Shown here one piece after another: positions 39,442 through 49,174 of a DNA stretch of 64,000 bases. The position numbers and the translations under genes were made by a program. Position 1 is the first letter of the stretch; the number at the start of each line of letters is the position of its first letter. The stretch lies in IMG/VR virus record IMGVR_UViG_3300024239_000013, positions 255,335 through 319,334 of that record; one strand, 5' to 3'. Under the pieces are notes generated by a model. The model was not told where the DNA came from. It made no database searches and saw nothing but the letters and a program-made list of their open reading frames with translations.

Positions 39442-41829
39442 TTAGTTTTTTTTTAAAGTTTCAGATTCGGTTAAATTCCCATCATTTTCAACTTTACCCT
39501 CTCTAAGATTATATCCAATTTCATATTTTTCCCCATCTGCATCTTCTGCATCAAAATTAGTTTTATCTTTGGTTTTAGGTGAATCAGCTAAAAGTTTTTC
39601 TCCTTCCACTTTACCCTTTTCTTTTTTATTGTTTCCTGGGGCTTTTGCAAGATCGTCATTACCATCTTTCTTCTTAGCTTCGTTCATAGTAATATTATAC
39701 CCATGAAGAGAATCTAATTCCATTTCTATGGAATCTTGTTCTCCCTTAGGAGCTTTAGAAAAACTGTGGCTATCTGCAAAATTCTTTAAAAGAGTTTTTT
39801 GCTCTTCTATGCTTAGGTCTGATTTATTAAGATTATTTGACTCTTTAACTTCTTCTGCTTCCTCCTCCTCTTTAGCATCTTTTTCATTTTTATCTGCAGC
39901 TTGACTTAAAGCTTCTTCCAAATCAGAAATTTCATTAACTAGGAAATCTTCGGTTTTTCCGTTGTCTAAAAGTATAGTATATCTTCCAGATGTCCCATCT
40001 ACTGAAATTATCTTACCGGTTTCTCCTGATTCTTTAACTTTTATAAAATCTCCAATATTGAATTTTTCATCTTCTGATATATTAATTTTGTCAGCAAATG
40101 AAATTTCTTCTTCTATTTTAGATATTTCAGTGTTTATTTGGTTCCATTTTTCTCTTAGAACATTTAGTTCGTTTTCTAATGCAGATTTAGCAGTTAGAAT
40201 TTCATTAGAGCTTTTATATAAAGGTGAAGATTCTAATAAAGAATTTATTTTATTAATCTCATTCTCAACTTTAGAAATATTTTCTAAAACTTTATTTCTA
40301 TCATTTACCATGATAGATTTTAGTTTATTTTCGCCTTCCAAGAACTCAGTTAACCCTTCCGAAATATCATATTTTAAATAAGACTTAACCATAGAAACTG
40401 CTTGAGTTCCACTAACTTTGAAAATTGAATTTTCATTCATAGTTTGGTTAATCTTTTGTAAATAGATCTGATTATTCCACTTGAACATATTTACACCAAC
40501 TCCTTCATAGATATTAGAATTTATACTTTTTGCAAAATCTAACTCAACTATATCTGAATAGTTATTGTATAAGAACATTGTATCATTAACAACTTCTGAT
40601 TCATTTACTCCAAAATAAGAGCTAGACTCTAATCCTAATATTTTAGCAAGTCCAATATTATCTGAAAATCTTAATTTATCTTTTCCTAAATAAACTGCTA
40701 CATTTTCTCCCTCTTCTACTAGTTTAACTATTTTTTTACCAAATCTAATGGAAATACCATTCTCATTAATAGTAACATGTGGTTTTTTAGTAATCTCCAC
40801 TAATTTAAGATAATCTGAAGGTAATTCAGAAACCTGTTTTTCTGTTAATTTAACTAATTCTTTTTCTGATGCTTCGAATACAGAATTTCCTATATGGAAG
40901 AAAGTTCTTCCATTTTCAAATAAAATAGGCGAGTAAACTCTAGAAACGCTAGATTCACCCTGAGCTTTTATTGGAATTTCCAAGAATCTATTATCCTCTT
41001 TCTCGTTTATATTTAGAAAATTTATTAAATTTCTAACAACTGGATTGAAACTATATTTAGAAATATCTCTAACTAATAAACCATTTGACTTTTCTTCTGA
41101 AACCAACCAAGAATTTAAAGTTTCAGAAAGTTCAGAATAGAATGCATAGCTTCCACTATTTTTGATAGATTCTAAAACTTTAGAAACCTCAATTTCTCTA
41201 GAATATTTTTTAGCTTTATTCTTTAACTCTTCTGCTATACCTCTAACTGAATTTTCCCAATTAAAAGATTCTAATTCAGCAATAAAATTATTCACTACAA
41301 CAAACTCAGGAAGATTCTTATTTAAAATAAGATTCTGATATTGTTCAAAAAGTACTTTTGCTTTAGGATACTCACAGATAGAAGATTCTTTCAACTTGGA
41401 AATTGCCTCCATAACTCCCAAGTTTTTAATTCCTTGAGATTCAATAAATGAAATAGCAGATCCGTCTTTATCTTCTAAACTAGATATACTCTCTAATAGT
41501 TTTTCAGATTTGGCATCGTCCATTTCATTACCAGGAAGATATGATCCTGAATTTGATGATGTGTTTTTACCTAATCCTGACCAAGATTCCATAAGTGCTT
41601 CTGCTGCTCTTTTAGATACCTCAGCTTCTTCCTTTCTTATTGCTTCAATGTGATTGACAATACTAGGAGATTCGTTTTGTGTCATTTCTGAATTATTATG
41701 TTCGTTGATAGAAGCTATTAATTGATCTTTAGAAACGGATTCGCCTCTAAGAAAACTCTCACATAGTGATTTTACCTCTGGAGATTTTGTTACCTCTTTT
41801 AATTTTTTTACTTGGTTTATAAAGTCCAT
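39442..41829 (-). CDS. Large probable head/core protein with KOW-like domain and xKAP repeats
   Basis: 795 aa; FNIGDFIKVKESGETGKII; many (L/I)xE sites; late promoter upstream. Confidence 0.6.
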   Translation of the reverse strand: MDFINQVKKLKEVTKSPEVKSLCESFLRGESVSKDQLIASINEHNNSEMTQNESPSIVNHIEAIRKEEAEVSKRAAEALMESWSGLGKNTSSNSGSYLPGNEMDDAKSEKLLESISSLEDKDGSAISFIESQGIKNLGVMEAISKLKESSICEYPKAKVLFEQYQNLILNKNLPEFVVVNNFIAELESFNWENSVRGIAEELKNKAKKYSREIEVSKVLESIKNSGSYAFYSELSETLNSWLVSEEKSNGLLVRDISKYSFNPVVRNLINFLNINEKEDNRFLEIPIKAQGESSVSRVYSPILFENGRTFFHIGNSVFEASEKELVKLTEKQVSELPSDYLKLVEITKKPHVTINENGISIRFGKKIVKLVEEGENVAVYLGKDKLRFSDNIGLAKILGLESSSYFGVNESEVVNDTMFLYNNYSDIVELDFAKSINSNIYEGVGVNMFKWNNQIYLQKINQTMNENSIFKVSGTQAVSMVKSYLKYDISEGLTEFLEGENKLKSIMVNDRNKVLENISKVENEINKINSLLESSPLYKSSNEILTAKSALENELNVLREKWNQINTEISKIEEEISFADKINISEDEKFNIGDFIKVKESGETGKIISVDGTSGRYTILLDNGKTEDFLVNEISDLEEALSQAADKNEKDAKEEEEAEEVKESNNLNKSDLSIEEQKTLLKNFADSHSFSKAPKGEQDSIEMELDSLHGYNITMNEAKKKDGNDDLAKAPGNNKKEKGKVEGEKLLADSPKTKDKTNFDAEDADGEKYEIGYNLREGKVENDGNLTESETLKKN

Positions 41830-41851
41830 TTTTTACTTTTTTTTTACTGTT

Positions 41852-41862
41852 TATATATCCAA
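41852..41862 (-). promoter_or_regulatory. Late promoter TTGGATATATA
   Basis: Exact 11-mer upstream of ATG 41829. Confidence 0.7.
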
Positions 41863-41913
41863 CTAAGGACAAGAAACTTTTACTATATATTTTACGATAT
41901 AATCTTTTTTTTC

Positions 41914-42408
41914 TTAATGACATACTAATATTTCCAATTTAACTGTTATATCAGTACTTGGATTATAAAATGATATTCCACCATCACCAATATTACCGGA
42001 AACTGTTCCAGGTTTAGATAGATTCCATCCAAGATATTCTGAATTTATAGTAGAAACTTTAGGTCCGGAAAGCACCATCAATTCACCCATATTATTAATA
42101 TTTCCCTGATATGTCCAATTTATGTATTTTCTAGATTCTACGACCGTGCTCGGGTATACTGCTTTTACTGCTATGAATGAAACATATCCATTTTCATCTG
42201 CAATATCACTTTGACTCAATAGAGATCTACTACCAGGTCTTAAAGTTACTCTAGATCTAGAAAATTTATTCACGGGTATACTCAAATCACTCAAAGAAAG
42301 GTATTTTATGGGATTCATAGAATTGCCATCATCTAATACTAAGTCTTCTTTATAAAATCTAAGTCCTTCTGTTACGTCATAAGGACAATTGATAGGTTGT
42401 GTTGCCAT
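41914..42408 (-). CDS. Hypothetical beta-rich protein, paralog of 42410..43084
   Basis: Shared NG.VS.I..KA.Y, MGE.M.LSG and GG..F.NP motifs. Confidence 0.6.
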   Translation of the reverse strand: MATQPINCPYDVTEGLRFYKEDLVLDDGNSMNPIKYLSLSDLSIPVNKFSRSRVTLRPGSRSLLSQSDIADENGYVSFIAVKAVYPSTVVESRKYINWTYQGNINNMGELMVLSGPKVSTINSEYLGWNLSKPGTVSGNIGDGGISFYNPSTDITVKLEILVCH

Positions 42409-42409
42409 T

Positions 42410-43084
42410 TTAATTTGCTGTTATTACTATTAATTTTACCTCTGAAGATGTTGGGTTAGTAAAAATAAAACCACCCATCGAAGAATCCGAATTTTCGCTG
42501 TGGTCATACGTAGAAAATGGATCTACGTCCCATCCCATCCAAGATGAATTATTTTTAATTGCACCAGAAAGAATCATAATTTCACCCATTACATTTCTCT
42601 GATTTGCCTTATAGTCCCAAAATAATATCTTATCCTCTTCGGGGGTTCCTGGTAGATATTCGGCTTTAGCTATTATAAGGGAAACTTCTCCGTTTGTGCT
42701 GGTAAATGAAGAAGGGTCCAAATTAGCTGATGTTTTTGGCGATATAACAAAGGTTTGCTTTTGGTAATTAGAAAATTCTTGAAGTGGATGAAAAAAATCA
42801 ATCACACTAAGCTTATCCAATATTTTATCCTGGAAAACAACATCAAAAGCTCTGTTTATGAACTTTATTTGATTAGGATCGTTGAATCTTTTAAATGTAG
42901 CTTCTATTACTTCCATCTGTGGTATAGATCTAGCTATATTTTGATATTCTATATCAAAAGAAGCAGTATCACCAGAAGGTGATATCGAGAACTGTGAATT
43001 CCCACCTAATATTGAATTAGAACTACTTTGTATCGAATTCCCTCCATCGAAATTTTCATTGTTTAATATTTCTGTATCTGACAC
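42410..43084 (-). CDS. Hypothetical beta-rich protein, paralog of 41914..42408
   Basis: Same shared motifs; GTG start. Confidence 0.6.
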   Translation of the reverse strand: MSDTEILNNENFDGGNSIQSSSNSILGGNSQFSISPSGDTASFDIEYQNIARSIPQMEVIEATFKRFNDPNQIKFINRAFDVVFQDKILDKLSVIDFFHPLQEFSNYQKQTFVISPKTSANLDPSSFTSTNGEVSLIIAKAEYLPGTPEEDKILFWDYKANQRNVMGEIMILSGAIKNNSSWMGWDVDPFSTYDHSENSDSSMGGFIFTNPTSSEVKLIVITAN

Positions 43085-43101
43085 TTTTACTTGTGATATT
43101 T

Positions 43102-43806
43102 TTATAGTTTGGTTGGATCTATATCCTGATGTATTCTATTTCTATTTACGTGTTTTAATTTCTCATCATATTCTGAATTAGAGTTACTAGAATCTGATAA
43201 ATCTAATATCTGGATCTCATCAGTATTATTAGTTTCAGATCCCAATCCATCAACAAAAAATTCAGATTCTTCCTCTTTTTTTTCAAAATCCATCAATTCC
43301 TCATTTATTTTAGAATTAGTATCAGAATCGTTATTATCTGATTGTGTTCTACTATTTCCAATTTCAACTTCTTCTTCCGGTTTTATGTAGTCAACTAGGG
43401 ATTTAATAAAACCCAAAGCAATGACAGGAAGAACTGCTCCACTTATAATAGACAATACTCTTTTCTGATAGATTTTCTCTTCCTCGTCAAGACCAAATAA
43501 TTCAGACCAACCCTGAAAATCTTGTAGATGAGTATATGCATAGAAAGTATTACCCATTGCTTGCATAAGGGTTAATATAATAAATAAGCTCCAAACCATT
43601 CCCTTGTTCATTTTATCTAAGGAAATTAAAGATGCTAATGATGCAGCCGCACCAATCTCAAAGGCAATAGCCAAACTAACTGCTAGCCAAGTGGGATTGG
43701 AGAGTTTAAAGAAATCTATAACGTGAATGGTCGATATAACCGAAACCATCAGATATAAACTAACAAATGTACCTATTATAAAATAACTTACTGTTTTTTT
43801 GCTCAT
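43102..43806 (-). CDS. Multi-pass membrane protein (holin candidate)
   Basis: About four hydrophobic helices followed by an acidic tail. Confidence 0.5.
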   Translation of the reverse strand: MSKKTVSYFIIGTFVSLYLMVSVISTIHVIDFFKLSNPTWLAVSLAIAFEIGAAASLASLISLDKMNKGMVWSLFIILTLMQAMGNTFYAYTHLQDFQGWSELFGLDEEEKIYQKRVLSIISGAVLPVIALGFIKSLVDYIKPEEEVEIGNSRTQSDNNDSDTNSKINEELMDFEKKEEESEFFVDGLGSETNNTDEIQILDLSDSSNSNSEYDEKLKHVNRNRIHQDIDPTKL

Positions 43807-43820
43807 TATTATCGATTCTG

Positions 43821-44123
43821 TTATTTTTTAAGACTTTCAAGTTTTTTTATTTCTAAATCAATTTCACTCTGTCTGTTCACGTCTAATATTTTTCTATCCG
43901 TAGATTGAATCATTCTTTTTTCAACTTTAAGACCTTCTATTTCGATCATATTTTTTAATTCCTGTTTATTCGCTACAGAATCAAGAATAGCTGATTGTAT
44001 TTTAGATTGTTTAGCTAATTTTTCAATATCACTATTAGCTCCACACTGTTTAACGAAAAGAACAGCTAAAAACACAAGTACAATAACTTCAAAATTAGAT
44101 TTGATTTTCTCGATTATTTTCAT
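43821..44123 (-). CDS. Membrane-anchored coiled-coil protein (spanin candidate); start reassigned to ATG 44123
   Basis: MKIIEKIK..FEVIVLVFLAVLFVKQC then coiled coil; longer ORF-track start crosses a terminator. Confidence 0.45.
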   Translation of the reverse strand: MKIIEKIKSNFEVIVLVFLAVLFVKQCGANSDIEKLAKQSKIQSAILDSVANKQELKNMIEIEGLKVEKRMIQSTDRKILDVNRQSEIDLEIKKLESLKK

Positions 44124-44143
44124 AATATTAATTTTTATTTTTT

Positions 44144-44154
44144 TATATATCCAA
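44144..44154 (-). promoter_or_regulatory. Late promoter TTGGATATATA
   Basis: Exact 11-mer 20 nt upstream of ATG 44123. Confidence 0.7.
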
Positions 44155-44167
44155 AAACAAACTCCAC

Positions 44168-44201
44168 AAAAAAACCAGTAATAAAAATCACTGGTTTTTT
44201 T
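44168..44201 (-). terminator. Intrinsic terminator
   Basis: aaaaaaaccagt-N10-actggttttttt. Confidence 0.75.
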
Positions 44202-44220
44202 CATTTTTTTTATGTTTATA

Positions 44221-44778
44221 TTAACCTAGAGTAACTCCTTGCATAGCTGCAGCTAGTTGTTTTTCTAAATCTTTTACTAAAGCTGCATCTTCTTTTGCAT
44301 CGGATAATGCTTGATCGAATGCTTTAAACAGTCTAAGAAAATCTTCAGCGCTCTTTAAACCAACACCTTTGGATTTAGAAAGGAAATAGTGACTTGCTTC
44401 CAGAGGTAAAGCACTCATATAAATAGTATTGTCTTTAATTCCTTCTTTTCTGATCTTTTTAATCTGTTTATTAACTTCAACAACACCTAAAGCTTCAGTT
44501 GAATTCCATTCAGCCTTTTCCTGCATGAATTTTTCATATTCAGAGAAAAGATCTTGATTACAAGAAATAGCATAAAGCTTTGTCTTAATCTCTTCTTTTT
44601 TAGCAGAAATTTCTTTATGTAATTGATCCACTTTTTCTTGATCAATTCCTATAGGTGAATCCAAAATTGAATCTTGAGGAACAGTTGGACCATTAGTATT
44701 AAATTTGATTACATTCGATGCTAGAGGTTCGGTATTTCCAATCTCTATTTTTTGTGAATTCTTCTTAGTTGATGACAT
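44221..44778 (-). CDS. Hypothetical helical protein
   Basis: 185-aa ORF with its own promoter motif and terminator. Confidence 0.6.
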   Translation of the reverse strand: MSSTKKNSQKIEIGNTEPLASNVIKFNTNGPTVPQDSILDSPIGIDQEKVDQLHKEISAKKEEIKTKLYAISCNQDLFSEYEKFMQEKAEWNSTEALGVVEVNKQIKKIRKEGIKDNTIYMSALPLEASHYFLSKSKGVGLKSAEDFLRLFKAFDQALSDAKEDAALVKDLEKQLAAAMQGVTLG

Positions 44779-44796
44779 ATTTTTTTAATTTTATAG

Positions 44797-44824
44797 TTCT
44801 AGTTATTTTTATTTGTTTTGTTTC
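44797..44824 (-). promoter_or_regulatory. ECF-type promoter GAAAC-N17-CTAGAA
   Basis: Exact copy upstream of ATG 44778. Confidence 0.65.
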
Positions 44825-45643
44825 TTATCTTATATCAAAAATATCAAAATTAGTTCTATTTTGTTCGAGATATGCTCTCAGAGGCTCTCTTAGATCTTTT
44901 GCCGGATATATTTTGGGATTTGAATTTGGTCCTATGTGACAAAGAAATCCACTTTCGGTTTCTATTCCAATTTCCTCCTCCAATATTAATCTATATAGAC
45001 TTATTTGTATAGAATATAAGTTGTGCTCATTCTCCCATAAATGAGTAAAAGGTCTTAATAATCTTTTATACCTTCCTTCAGGATGATCATCATGCTTAAA
45101 TACACCATTTGTTTTCCAGTCTCCTATAAGTAGAAATAATTTTTCTCTTTTCTGGTCCCAAAATAAAAATGGTTGGTCGACAGTTCCAGCAAGTCTCCAC
45201 CTTCTAGAGAATATTTTGAGCTCAGAAGGAAGTGGTACCAATACATGAAATTTTCTATTGTAGAGTTCAATAAATTTATTTACTCTCAATGAATATTCAT
45301 CATCAGGATCTATAGAAGGAATCTCTGGATTTTCACCACTCCAAAAATCCTCTATAAATTTATGAACCTTCGTACCAAGTTCATTTGCTACATTTGCTTT
45401 ATTTTTCCATTCATCTAATATAACCGAAACGTCGACTCCTCTTTCTGCTGCTTTTCTCTTAGACCAATATTCTCTATTAAAAGGGGCCTTAAAATTTTTA
45501 ATGTATGTTGTTACGGAATCGAATAATATACCATCATATCTATATGTATGCGTGGCTTCATCAAAAACAAATTTAGGATCCTTCGAAAAAATAGCCAATT
45601 TGCTTTCTATATCTTTTTTTGTGCTTTCTATGTATTCCTTCAT
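44825..45643 (-). CDS. PD-(D/E)xK exonuclease
   Basis: HTY...SVTT, GTKVHKFIE, LAGTVD, IGDWKT, Y..QISLY. Confidence 0.85.
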   Translation of the reverse strand: MKEYIESTKKDIESKLAIFSKDPKFVFDEATHTYRYDGILFDSVTTYIKNFKAPFNREYWSKRKAAERGVDVSVILDEWKNKANVANELGTKVHKFIEDFWSGENPEIPSIDPDDEYSLRVNKFIELYNRKFHVLVPLPSELKIFSRRWRLAGTVDQPFLFWDQKREKLFLLIGDWKTNGVFKHDDHPEGRYKRLLRPFTHLWENEHNLYSIQISLYRLILEEEIGIETESGFLCHIGPNSNPKIYPAKDLREPLRAYLEQNRTNFDIFDIR

Positions 45644-46086
45644 TAAACTAAATTAATAATTTTTAAGAGCCATTCCCACTTAATAGCAACAAAAACTATA
45701 AGTGAAACCTCAACAATAAATCTAAGAATCCACAATAGACTAATATATCTAAATAAGAATTGATATACTACTAAATATGATTCTTCATCGGTTCCTTTTA
45801 CTGGCTCTATCCACATCGTAAGTAACTCCTCTAAATTAAGAGATTTGAAATACTCGTTAGTAGGCTTAATTTCACTTATAACAAAAGAAGGTCTAGCATC
45901 TTTAGGAAGATCTACAGAAAGAGTAACCTGTGGGGGAAGATTAACGACAGTGTATATTCTATTTAAATAATCTCTTCTTAAATTTCTTCTTGCCCATATA
46001 GGAGAATCTGTCTCCTCTTTTTTTATGATTTTCACATATTCAAGATAGAGTAAAAATTCTTTTATAACCTTAAAAATTCTAAACAT
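45643..46086 (-). CDS. Hypothetical protein with C-terminal membrane anchor
   Basis: 147 aa with hydrophobic C-terminus. Confidence 0.55.
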   Translation of the reverse strand: MFRIFKVIKEFLLYLEYVKIIKKEETDSPIWARRNLRRDYLNRIYTVVNLPPQVTLSVDLPKDARPSFVISEIKPTNEYFKSLNLEELLTMWIEPVKGTDEESYLVVYQFLFRYISLLWILRFIVEVSLIVFVAIKWEWLLKIINLV

Positions 46087-46099
46087 GATGGTTTATTTT

Positions 46100-46127
46100 T
46101 TATATCATCGTAAATCTTTATTGTTTC
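46100..46127 (-). promoter_or_regulatory. ECF-type promoter GAAAC-N17-ATATAA
   Basis: 13 nt upstream of ATG 46086. Confidence 0.6.
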
Positions 46128-46726
46128 TCGTCTATTTTTTTTCTGATTTTACTGCGAGCTCTTCTGATCCTTGTAGCGATGGATCTTTTCTTTATCCCAT
46201 ATTTTTCTGCAATGTCCTTATATTTCATATTGTTTATCTCTCGGTCGATCATAATGTCTCTGTATAACTCTGGGAGATCTCTAATCTCATCCAGAACGGA
46301 TTCATAAAACTCATCAAAAGTAGATTCCTCCTTATAGAATGCATACAAAGGATCCTCTTCTAAAACATACTGTCCTCCTATCTCATTGGATTCGTTTTTT
46401 GAAGAAAGATATTCGAGTTCAGCATCAGTGTGATTGTGATATCTTTTTCTGGACTTCATTAAGAGGAGAGATTCATTTCTTGCTATATTATAACACCAAG
46501 TTGAAAAATTTCCTCTTTCATTGTTATACTGGTCTATTTTTATCCAAATTTTAGACATGGTATTAATGAAAGCATCTTCAGCAAGTTCCTGTTCTTTTAC
46601 AATCAAAAAACAATGGTTTAGTATACCAGGTCGGAGTCTCTCGAATAAAATTTTAAAATTCTTATCATTTTTCACAGTTATGAAATCCTCAGCTATCTTT
46701 TGGATATTCTTTTCTTTTTGTTGCAT
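46118..46726 (-). CDS. ECF-family (sigma-24-like) RNA polymerase sigma factor
   Basis: Region 2 AEDAF...NFSTWCYNIARN; region 4 LPELYR...MKYKDIAE..GI...IATRIRRAR. Confidence 0.9.
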   Translation of the reverse strand: MQQKEKNIQKIAEDFITVKNDKNFKILFERLRPGILNHCFLIVKEQELAEDAFINTMSKIWIKIDQYNNERGNFSTWCYNIARNESLLLMKSRKRYHNHTDAELEYLSSKNESNEIGGQYVLEEDPLYAFYKEESTFDEFYESVLDEIRDLPELYRDIMIDREINNMKYKDIAEKYGIKKRSIATRIRRARSKIRKKIDEKQ

Positions 46727-46729
46727 ATA

Positions 46730-47335
46730 TTAAAATTGGTTTTTTATTTTACTGTTTGAAAATTTTACTATTTCTATATTGGCTTCTACCAAGAACGATA
46801 AAGATTCAGGTTTTCTATAAACCTCTGAAAAAATAACTCTCTTTATACCAGATTGGATTATTAGTTTAGAACACTCATAACAGGGAGAAAGAGTTACATA
46901 TAAACTAGAACCCTCAGAACTCTGAGTTCCCTTCGCTAGCTTAGTTATCGCATTAGCTTCTGCGTGTAATACATAAGGAAGAGTTATATTATCCACATTT
47001 TCACAAATGTTCGGGAACCCTGTAGGAGATCCGTTATATCCGTCCGATATTATCGATTTGTCTTTAACTATTAAACATCCAACTTTCATTCGATTGCAAT
47101 GAGAATTTTTAGACCAAACCGAAGCCATTTCCAGGTAAATTGAATCTTTTTTATCCGTTACTTCCGAAAATTCACGATCGGACAATTCAGATTCAGAATA
47201 GAATACTTCTAATTTTTTATCTTCGTTAGTTTTAACCGACCAAAAGGGTAAAGACAGAAAATCATCCGTCATAAAAGACATGTCATCACAGACTCGTCTA
47301 TTAACATTTTCTGTAATTTTTATAGATTTTAACAT
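46730..47335 (-). CDS. dCMP deaminase
   Basis: KVGCLIVKD, DGYNG, LHAEANAI, LSPCYECSKLIIQSGI. Confidence 0.92.
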   Translation of the reverse strand: MLKSIKITENVNRRVCDDMSFMTDDFLSLPFWSVKTNEDKKLEVFYSESELSDREFSEVTDKKDSIYLEMASVWSKNSHCNRMKVGCLIVKDKSIISDGYNGSPTGFPNICENVDNITLPYVLHAEANAITKLAKGTQSSEGSSLYVTLSPCYECSKLIIQSGIKRVIFSEVYRKPESLSFLVEANIEIVKFSNSKIKNQF

Positions 47336-47355
47336 ACAACTACATTTGATTGGTG

Positions 47356-47363
47356 CAAATGTA
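47356..47363 (-). promoter_or_regulatory. Bacteroidota-type -7 element TACATTTG(C)
   Basis: 20 nt upstream of the dCMP deaminase-ECF sigma pair. Confidence 0.45.
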
Positions 47364-47403
47364 GATCAAAATCTCGCTATAAAAAAATATTTTGTATTAT
47401 TTT

Positions 47404-48921
47404 TTAGATTCTTCTCGAATCCGGTCTTAATACTCTGTCACCTGAGGTAACGTTTAAAGGTCCTTCTAGTAATAAAGCTATTCTAACTAAGGTAGCTTTC
47501 ATTTCTTGTATATCTTTAGAACTTAAGCTTTCAGATTGATTATTACTTTTAGATGGATCCTTATCATCAGATTTAGAAACTGTTTTTATATCATTAACTG
47601 GTTTCTGTAAATTATTATCAGGTAAACCTGTATCTGTAGTAGAATTTTCAATAACTGATGGGGATAACTTGGACTGAGGTTTAGGGGAAAGACTAGTTAT
47701 AGACTTCTTTATCTCGGGAGCTTTTATAGCTGGAATTTTAGTAGATAGTGAAGGTATTTTATTCTCTTTAAAAGTTGGAGTTATATTTTTAGATTGTAGA
47801 GGTTCTATCTTATTTAAAAATGAATCCTGTTTATTTTTACTGAACATACTTCCTACACTCTTAGCTAAACCAACTCCAGTACCCATTAAATTATTTTTAT
47901 CTAAGCCCTTTAATAAAGATCCACCCTTTTGTATTAATTCCGAAGGATTATCTAGACCAAAATCTAAATTTTTTACTTTATTTAAAGTGTCAAAAGCACC
48001 AGATAATAGAGGGGATTCTTTTAGATTTAATTTTCCACTAAAATTTTTACCTATATTACTAACAAAACCAGAAAGAGAATCGGGACTTAATATATTTTCT
48101 ATCTTAGATGATATTGATTTATTTAAATTTCCCAATCCTTCCTTAAATATTGGATTTTTATCATCAAAATTCAAAAGTGATGACATTTCTTTTAGAGGGG
48201 ATTCTATATTCTTCAAAAGATCTGTTGGAATTAGACCCTTTATATTATCCATCACGCTATTACCAGAATTCTTGGTAAAGGTTTCAAGTATGTCATTTAT
48301 AGGATTTTCTGTGGTTTTTTTAGAGAACTCTGTTTTTATTAATTCTGGTAGTTTATCCCCCATTAACGAGTTAAATGCTTCTTCAAGATTCTTAGATTCA
48401 TTAGGTATACCCAACAAATCATTACCTTTTTTTAATAAGGTTTCCATAGAACCAGAAACGATTTCCGAAATTTTATCAGAATTTAACGGTTCGTCTGGTT
48501 TTTTAGCTATAATTTCTTTAGCTAAATTTGGAATATTTTTTATATCTGTTTTTATAACATTACTGATATCCTTTAGACCAAGATTTTCTATCCCTTTGTA
48601 AACCCCCTTGAAATCTAGAGATTTTATATCATTAGAAAGTTCTTTAAAATCTAGAGTTTTCAGGTCAGTAGAAAGACCTTTAAAATCCAGCTCACCAATA
48701 CTTTTAGTGAGCTGGTTAAATTCATTCTTTAGACTATTTAGATCTAGTCCGTTTATTTTTTCAACTACCTTTACTATTTTATCCCCACTCTCTGAACTTT
48801 TTTCGTGGGATTCTATTAAATCATCTGTAGATGCTATATTTTTTCTAATGTCGCTAGAAAGTTTATCAACGTTTCTAGACAAATCCAATAGAGAGGATAT
48901 AAGTTTTTGATCTGTGGCCAT
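47404..48921 (-). CDS. Probable tape-measure/baseplate hub protein (gp29-like position)
   Basis: 505 aa, helical, short LDFK repeats; directly after the tail chaperones. Confidence 0.4.
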   Translation of the reverse strand: MATDQKLISSLLDLSRNVDKLSSDIRKNIASTDDLIESHEKSSESGDKIVKVVEKINGLDLNSLKNEFNQLTKSIGELDFKGLSTDLKTLDFKELSNDIKSLDFKGVYKGIENLGLKDISNVIKTDIKNIPNLAKEIIAKKPDEPLNSDKISEIVSGSMETLLKKGNDLLGIPNESKNLEEAFNSLMGDKLPELIKTEFSKKTTENPINDILETFTKNSGNSVMDNIKGLIPTDLLKNIESPLKEMSSLLNFDDKNPIFKEGLGNLNKSISSKIENILSPDSLSGFVSNIGKNFSGKLNLKESPLLSGAFDTLNKVKNLDFGLDNPSELIQKGGSLLKGLDKNNLMGTGVGLAKSVGSMFSKNKQDSFLNKIEPLQSKNITPTFKENKIPSLSTKIPAIKAPEIKKSITSLSPKPQSKLSPSVIENSTTDTGLPDNNLQKPVNDIKTVSKSDDKDPSKSNNQSESLSSKDIQEMKATLVRIALLLEGPLNVTSGDRVLRPDSRRI

Positions 48922-48925
48922 ATTG

Positions 48926-48938
48926 TATATATTTATTC
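48926..48938 (-). promoter_or_regulatory. Late-promoter variant GAATAAATATATA
   Basis: 4 nt upstream of ATG 48921. Confidence 0.35.
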
Positions 48939-49174
48939 TACTTTTTTAGATTAAATACTTGTTTCACACCTCCTTCATTCTGTGCTTCTGCATTTTCAGC
49001 TTCTATGGTAGCATTTAATTTATTTAGCCATATCTGATATTCGTAGAAAGGTATGGATTCTAACCATTCTGGGTCTATTCCATGTTCTCTCCACATTCTA
49101 AACTTAATATCAAAGAAGTTCTCTAAAGATATCTGAAATAACGAAAAGAGATCTAATCCCTCTGGGAAATGCAA
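48938..49174 (-). CDS. gp51-like tail/baseplate assembly chaperone; no upstream ATG, overlaps gp26-like ORF
   Basis: SLENFFDIKF.MW..HG....LESIPFYE.QIW resembles the gp51 SLENYY..NF..H....LE..P.E pattern. Confidence 0.6.
   Translation of the reverse strand: MHFPEGLDLFSLFQISLENFFDIKFRMWREHGIDPEWLESIPFYEYQIWLNKLNATIEAENAEAQNEGGVKQVFNLKK

Larger units (their letters stand above)
39212..39445 (-). other. Start-less -1 frame extension of the 795-aa ORF
   Basis: Hand translation LSRNFYFAPKSEDQNKPGEPFVQSSEGKLSKAPDGKEIKDDSDADETGEE... open to TAA at 39212. Confidence 0.6.
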
